From the NCBI GenBank assembly GCA_963701905.1, contig CAVPBP010000002.1, positions 1,516,128 through 1,580,127 on the forward strand: DNA of 64,000 bases. The letters are read 5' to 3'. The position numbers and the translations under genes were made by a program. Numbering within the stretch: the first letter of the stretch is position 1; each line of letters starts with the position of its first letter. This DNA comes from an uncultured Pseudomonadota bacterium. GTDB taxonomy: Bacteria; Pseudomonadota; Alphaproteobacteria; Caulobacterales; Caulobacteraceae. The notes under the pieces are model-generated. The model made no database searches, was not told where the DNA came from, and worked only from the letters and a program-made list of their open reading frames with translations. Of this stretch, positions 59,881 to 64,000 are shown one piece after another.

Positions 59881-61512
59881 ATGCCAGCAGACGCCGGGAC
59901 CACCGAGACGCCCGCCAAGACCGTCGCCGAGCAGCTCGATGCGCTGTTCGCGCCGTGGAACCGCACCGACGAGCCGGGGCTGGTGGTCGCCGTCGCCAAG
60001 GACGGCGCGGTGATCTACCGGCGCGGGTTCGGCATGGCGAGCCTGGAGACCGGCGCGGCCAACACGCCGAAGACCCGCATGCGGATCGGCTCGATCAGCA
60101 AGCACTTCACCTGCATGCTGGCGCTGCTGCTGGCCGAGGACGGCAAGCTCGACATCGACGCGCCGATCCGCACCTACATCCCGGAGCTGACGGGCCCCGG
60201 CGGCGAGCCGACGCTGCGCCAGCTGATGCAGCACCGCGGCGGCTCGCGATGCTACCTCGACCTCGCCTTCATCGGCCATGGCATGGCCGTGCCGCCGGCC
60301 GGCCGGGCGCTGGCGATGCAAGCGCGCCAGAGCGGGCGCAACTTCGCGCCCGGAACGGCGATGATCTACAACAATGGCGGCTACAACCTGGTCTCGATCG
60401 CCATCGAGCGGGCGGGCGGCGCCCCCTTCGAGGCGCAGCTGAAGGCGCGGATCTACGACGTGGTCGGCATGCCCGACACCGCCTCGATCCCCAGCGACTA
60501 CGTGATCACGCCGGGGATCGCGACGATGCACACGCCGGAGCGCGACGGGAGCTGGCGGCGCGGGCTCTTCCCGACCGACGAGCTGCGCGGCGAGGGCGCG
60601 ATGGTCTCGACGGTCGACGACATGCTGCGCTGGACGGCGCACCTTCGCACTCGCGATCGGCTCGGCTCGGCCGCCAGCTGGGCCGCGCTGACCGAGCAGC
60701 CACGCTACGCTGACGGCTCAGTCGGCGCCTATGCGCTCGGGCTGCTGCTCGACGAATACCGCGGCCTTCGCATCCTGCACCACTCCGGCGGTGTCATGGG
60801 CGGCACCGCCCAGATGCTGACCTTCCCCGATGACGGGCTCGACGTGGTGATCCTCGCCAACGGTGGCCGCGCCGCCGACGTCGGGCGGCTCAGCCAGCAG
60901 GTCGCCGACATCGTGCTGGCGGACCGCGTCGGTCTCGAGACGCCAAAGGTGGCGGCCGAGGACTTCAAGGCGGCGCTGGGCGACTACTGGTCGGCCGAGA
61001 GCGGCTCGATCTACAGCCTCGTCGACGACGCTGGCGTGCTGAAGCTCGGCCTCGGCAAGTCAGCGCCGGCCGCCAGCCTGCCGGTCCGGGCCGAGGGCGG
61101 GCGGCTGGTCGCGCCGGCCGGCGGCATCGGCGAGATCTCGGTCGCGCCGGCCGACGGCGCGCTGGAGGTGCGCTTCGGCGGCGAGACGCTGGTCCACGGC
61201 AAGCTCGAACCGGCCGACGGCGATGCGGAAGCGTTCGCCGCGGCCGCCGAGGGCCGTTATTTCAGCGACGACGCCGACACCACCGCCGCCATCGCCACCG
61301 AGGGCGACGCCCTGGTGCTGGTGCTCTCGGACGGCCTCGGCGAGACCCGCGCCAAGCTCACGGTGCTGTCGCCGCGCGTGGCCTACTCACGGCCCCGCGG
61401 CGCGATGGCGGTGTTCCGCGTGACCATCAGCCTCGACGTCGAGGACGGCAAGGCGACCGGCTTGCGCCTGGGCACGCCGCGCACCCGCAATCTGGCGTTC
61501 CGCCGCGCCTGA
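59881..61512 (+). CDS. Serine hydrolase (beta-lactamase/D-aminopeptidase-like)
   Basis: SISK, YNN and HSG motifs; beta-rich C-terminal extension. Confidence 0.88.
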   Translation: MPADAGTTETPAKTVAEQLDALFAPWNRTDEPGLVVAVAKDGAVIYRRGFGMASLETGAANTPKTRMRIGSISKHFTCMLALLLAEDGKLDIDAPIRTYIPELTGPGGEPTLRQLMQHRGGSRCYLDLAFIGHGMAVPPAGRALAMQARQSGRNFAPGTAMIYNNGGYNLVSIAIERAGGAPFEAQLKARIYDVVGMPDTASIPSDYVITPGIATMHTPERDGSWRRGLFPTDELRGEGAMVSTVDDMLRWTAHLRTRDRLGSAASWAALTEQPRYADGSVGAYALGLLLDEYRGLRILHHSGGVMGGTAQMLTFPDDGLDVVILANGGRAADVGRLSQQVADIVLADRVGLETPKVAAEDFKAALGDYWSAESGSIYSLVDDAGVLKLGLGKSAPAASLPVRAEGGRLVAPAGGIGEISVAPADGALEVRFGGETLVHGKLEPADGDAEAFAAAAEGRYFSDDADTTAAIATEGDALVLVLSDGLGETRAKLTVLSPRVAYSRPRGAMAVFRVTISLDVEDGKATGLRLGTPRTRNLAFRRA

Positions 61513-61989
61513 TCATTCCTGGCCGCCGCCGTTCTGGATGATCGGGTCGGGCTCGCCAAGGAAGCCGCCGCCAGCGTCGCCCAGGTAGACGCCGTAGGCG
61601 CTCTTCAGACAGCGTGGCTTGCCGTCGCCCGCGCCGCAATCCCAGTCGTTGCGGTACCTGAACCACGTCGACTGGGCCGTGACATGGTGGACGCCGCCTG
61701 GGAACTGGTGGTGTCCTGGCCGCGGCGGGGCTCTCGGCTGGGTGGGATCGTCGGCGAACGAGATCGTGTCCTTGCCGTGGCCGACGTAGAACACGACGCC
61801 CGGCGTTGCGATGCTCAGTTGCACCCTGATCGGTTGCTTGAAGCAGCTGAAGTCCCAGTCGCCGCCCGCGTTCATGAGGTAGTTCGCCGATGCGGGATCG
61901 GCCGCCTGGAACGTCAGCGGATAGTCCGGCGCTGGGCCGACACGGATGATCGCCGCCACCTGAGGTGGCGGAGGCGCTACGCAAGCCAT
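61513..61989 (-). CDS. Hypothetical protein, paralogue A, DP-EP-like C-terminal motif
   Basis: GGAGGG RBS; ends PDPIIQNGGGQE; colinear similarity with 62315..62782. Confidence 0.75.
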   Translation of the reverse strand: MACVAPPPPQVAAIIRVGPAPDYPLTFQAADPASANYLMNAGGDWDFSCFKQPIRVQLSIATPGVVFYVGHGKDTISFADDPTQPRAPPRPGHHQFPGGVHHVTAQSTWFRYRNDWDCGAGDGKPRCLKSAYGVYLGDAGGGFLGEPDPIIQNGGGQE

Positions 61990-62314
61990 GGAACCCTTCC
62001 CTCCGTTTGCGGCGCGCGCCCCTAGTCACGCGCCGGCCATCGATCGAGGCGATCCGCATGACGCCGGGCCTGCCGGCCCCTGCATCCGCGGGCCATCCCC
62101 TGCCGACGCACCGAACGACCTTAACCGAACGGTGGCGCTGCGCAACGCGACCGAGGGCGGACGGCCGGCGTGTCCCGAAATGCCAAATCGCCGCCAGGGC
62201 CCCACAGAGCCTCGCAGATGCGATTGTAACGGCGCCAGCAGCGCCCCTAGCCGGAACCTCCGGCGCGGGGCTCCAGCGTGCCTTCCAGGCCCGGGAAACG
62301 CCATTCCAGCCTGG

Positions 62315-62782
62315 CTAGTAGGACTTGCTGCCGCCGCCGTTCTGAATGATCGGGTCGATGTGGCGCACGTGGCCGTTGGCGTCGACGAGATAGAGCCCGT
62401 ACTCGCTCTTCAAGCAGTGGCGCTCACCATGGGGGTGGCCACAGTCGGTCGCGTTGCGATAGGTGAACACGATCGTCGTGGCGTTGATGCGATGGATGCC
62501 GCCCGGGAACTGCCGAACTTTCTCTGTCACCGGCCGCTTCTCGGCGCCGGCCTCGTAGGCGAACGACAACGCGTGGCGCCTGGAGAAGTAGACATGGTGC
62601 GGCCTGAGCCTCAGCTTGACCCTGATCGGGTGATGGAAGCAGCTGAAGTCCATATTGCCAGCGCCGTCGATGTAGGCAGCCGACGCGTCCGAAGCCCGGA
62701 AGGCCGGCGGACGGTCTGACGACGCAGGGGCGGCCGCGATGATGGCGGCGACCTCGGGCGGCGGATGCGCGACGCACGGCAT
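62315..62782 (-). CDS. Hypothetical protein, paralogue B, DP-EP-like C-terminal motif
   Basis: AAGGGA RBS; ends IDPIIQNGGGSKSY; starts 40 nt after the TPR gene stop. Confidence 0.75.
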   Translation of the reverse strand: MPCVAHPPPEVAAIIAAAPASSDRPPAFRASDASAAYIDGAGNMDFSCFHHPIRVKLRLRPHHVYFSRRHALSFAYEAGAEKRPVTEKVRQFPGGIHRINATTIVFTYRNATDCGHPHGERHCLKSEYGLYLVDANGHVRHIDPIIQNGGGSKSY

Positions 62783-62822
62783 TGGGGGGTCCCTTTCGGC
62801 TCTGCGGCGCGGAGGCGCGCCT

Positions 62823-64000
62823 TCACCATCGATAATCGATCGGGGTCCGCGGGCCCTTGGACAATGGACGCACTCGATCGGGACCGCTCGAACTCAGGGG
62901 TCCCGTCGGCGGATGCGACAAGCTTAGACGAAACGCGGCCTGCCTCAAAAGCACGGAGGTCCGGTCGGTGGTCGCCACCGTTTGCGGTGTCTGCTGGAGG
63001 ATCGTCTGCGACCACGCCCAGTCGCTCCTGGCGAGGGAAGGATCGCCGTTCAGATCCTCGAAGTCGCCCGCCAGCAACGCGGCCTCGGCGGCTGTCACGG
63101 CGAGCGCGCGGTTCTGCGGGTAGCCGGTCAGCAGCGCGCGCAGCCGCTTCGCTTCGCCGGACGCGCCCTGCAACGCCTGCCGCTGGGCCGATGGCGTGCC
63201 TGCGCCCGCCGCGGCGATTTTCAACGCCACGATCCGCGCGGAGCCCAGCCGCGGGCCGCGCCAGGCCAGCGCCGCGTCATGGCGGGCGTCGGCCGACGTC
63301 ACCTGCGCCTCGCAAAGATCGACGGCCCGCGCCGCGGTGTCGGCAGCTGCCTGCAGCTGGCCATCCTGCAGCAGCGCCTGAGCAAGCAGCCGCAGCACCC
63401 TCAGCGCCTGCGCCTGGTAGATGACGTTGTCGGGTGCTTCGCGCACCAGACGGCTCATCTGCGCGGCCGCCTCCTGCAAGGTGAGCGTCGCGGCGCTGGA
63501 GGCGCCTTCGGCGAGCTCGACGTTGCCCATCTCGGCCTGACTGTTGGCCAGGGCCACCGCCGCGTCGTTGTCGTGCGGCGAGGCGGCGATCAGCGCCTCG
63601 TAGACGCGGCCTTCCGCCTGCCGGTCGGCGAGCGCGGCGTCGAGCCGGCCGCGCGCCAGCTCGGCGTCGGCCAGCCAGCCGAAGCTTTGGGCCTCGTCCC
63701 ATTGCCAGATGCGCTTGGGCGCCGGCGCGGCGACGAGGCGGCGGCTGATGGCGAGCGCATCCTGGAAGTCGCGGCCCGCCTCCTCGGCCCGAGCCAGGCT
63801 CAAGAGGACGACGCCGAGATTGGTATCGGCGTCCGCCGCCTCCCGCTGCCAGTCCAGGTTCTTGGGATCGATCGCAGCCAGGTGGCGCGCCAGCGCCTGG
63901 TAGGCGTGGAACTGGGCGAGCGCGGTGGTGGCGTCGCCGCTTCGGTAGGCCACCTCGCCGATGTAGGAGACGCTCTGGGCGTGATCGAAGATGGCCTGCG
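62823..64000 (-). CDS. C-terminal part of a large TPR/helical-repeat protein (N-terminus outside the window)
   Basis: Frame open to the window edge; repeats of the type A..L.A.DP.N..WQ.E.A....NLG. Confidence 0.8.
   Translation of the reverse strand, partial: QAIFDHAQSVSYIGEVAYRSGDATTALAQFHAYQALARHLAAIDPKNLDWQREAADADTNLGVVLLSLARAEEAGRDFQDALAISRRLVAAPAPKRIWQWDEAQSFGWLADAELARGRLDAALADRQAEGRVYEALIAASPHDNDAAVALANSQAEMGNVELAEGASSAATLTLQEAAAQMSRLVREAPDNVIYQAQALRVLRLLAQALLQDGQLQAAADTAARAVDLCEAQVTSADARHDAALAWRGPRLGSARIVALKIAAAGAGTPSAQRQALQGASGEAKRLRALLTGYPQNRALAVTAAEAALLAGDFEDLNGDPSLARSDWAWSQTILQQTPQTVATTDRTSVLLRQAAFRLSLSHPPTGPLSSSGPDRVRPLSKGPRTPIDYRW

Noticed and set aside
61990-62314. A third gene (62026..62304) between the two DP-motif paralogues
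   Set aside because: No RBS, atypical codon usage and no similarity to the paralogues; treated as intergenic, possibly holding a promoter

Overview
High-GC (roughly 70% by eye) alphaproteobacterial chromosome segment, most likely Caulobacteraceae judging from the RpoD N-terminus. A core backbone (rpoD, dnaG, carA, carB) is interleaved with many accessory genes: hydrolases and peptidases, CDF and ClC transporters, frmA, an atypical proA, two ECF sigma operons with recognisable promoters, two ArsR operons, a GGDEF-EAL protein, a hybrid kinase, glutamate decarboxylase, an arylsulfatase and a nuclease-less type IIG-like adenine methyltransferase. Many genes, including rpoD and dnaG, carry single-base frameshifts, so these are read as long-read consensus errors rather than pseudogenes. 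No rRNA, tRNA, CRISPR array or transposase was recognised. Two loci are the best candidates for an undescribed system. (1) At 61513-64000, a TPR-type protein cut by the window edge is followed by two tandem paralogues ending in DPIIQNGGG. They resemble DP-EP self-cleaving proteins and have a conserved Lys 18-19 residues before the Asp-Pro and four conserved Cys. (2) At 17682-21428, a translationally coupled operon encodes a CHASE2 membrane sensor with no output domain, a small secreted Cys-loop protein and a Tat-exported M48/TPR metalloprotease. All family assignments come from motif recognition by eye; no database search was run.
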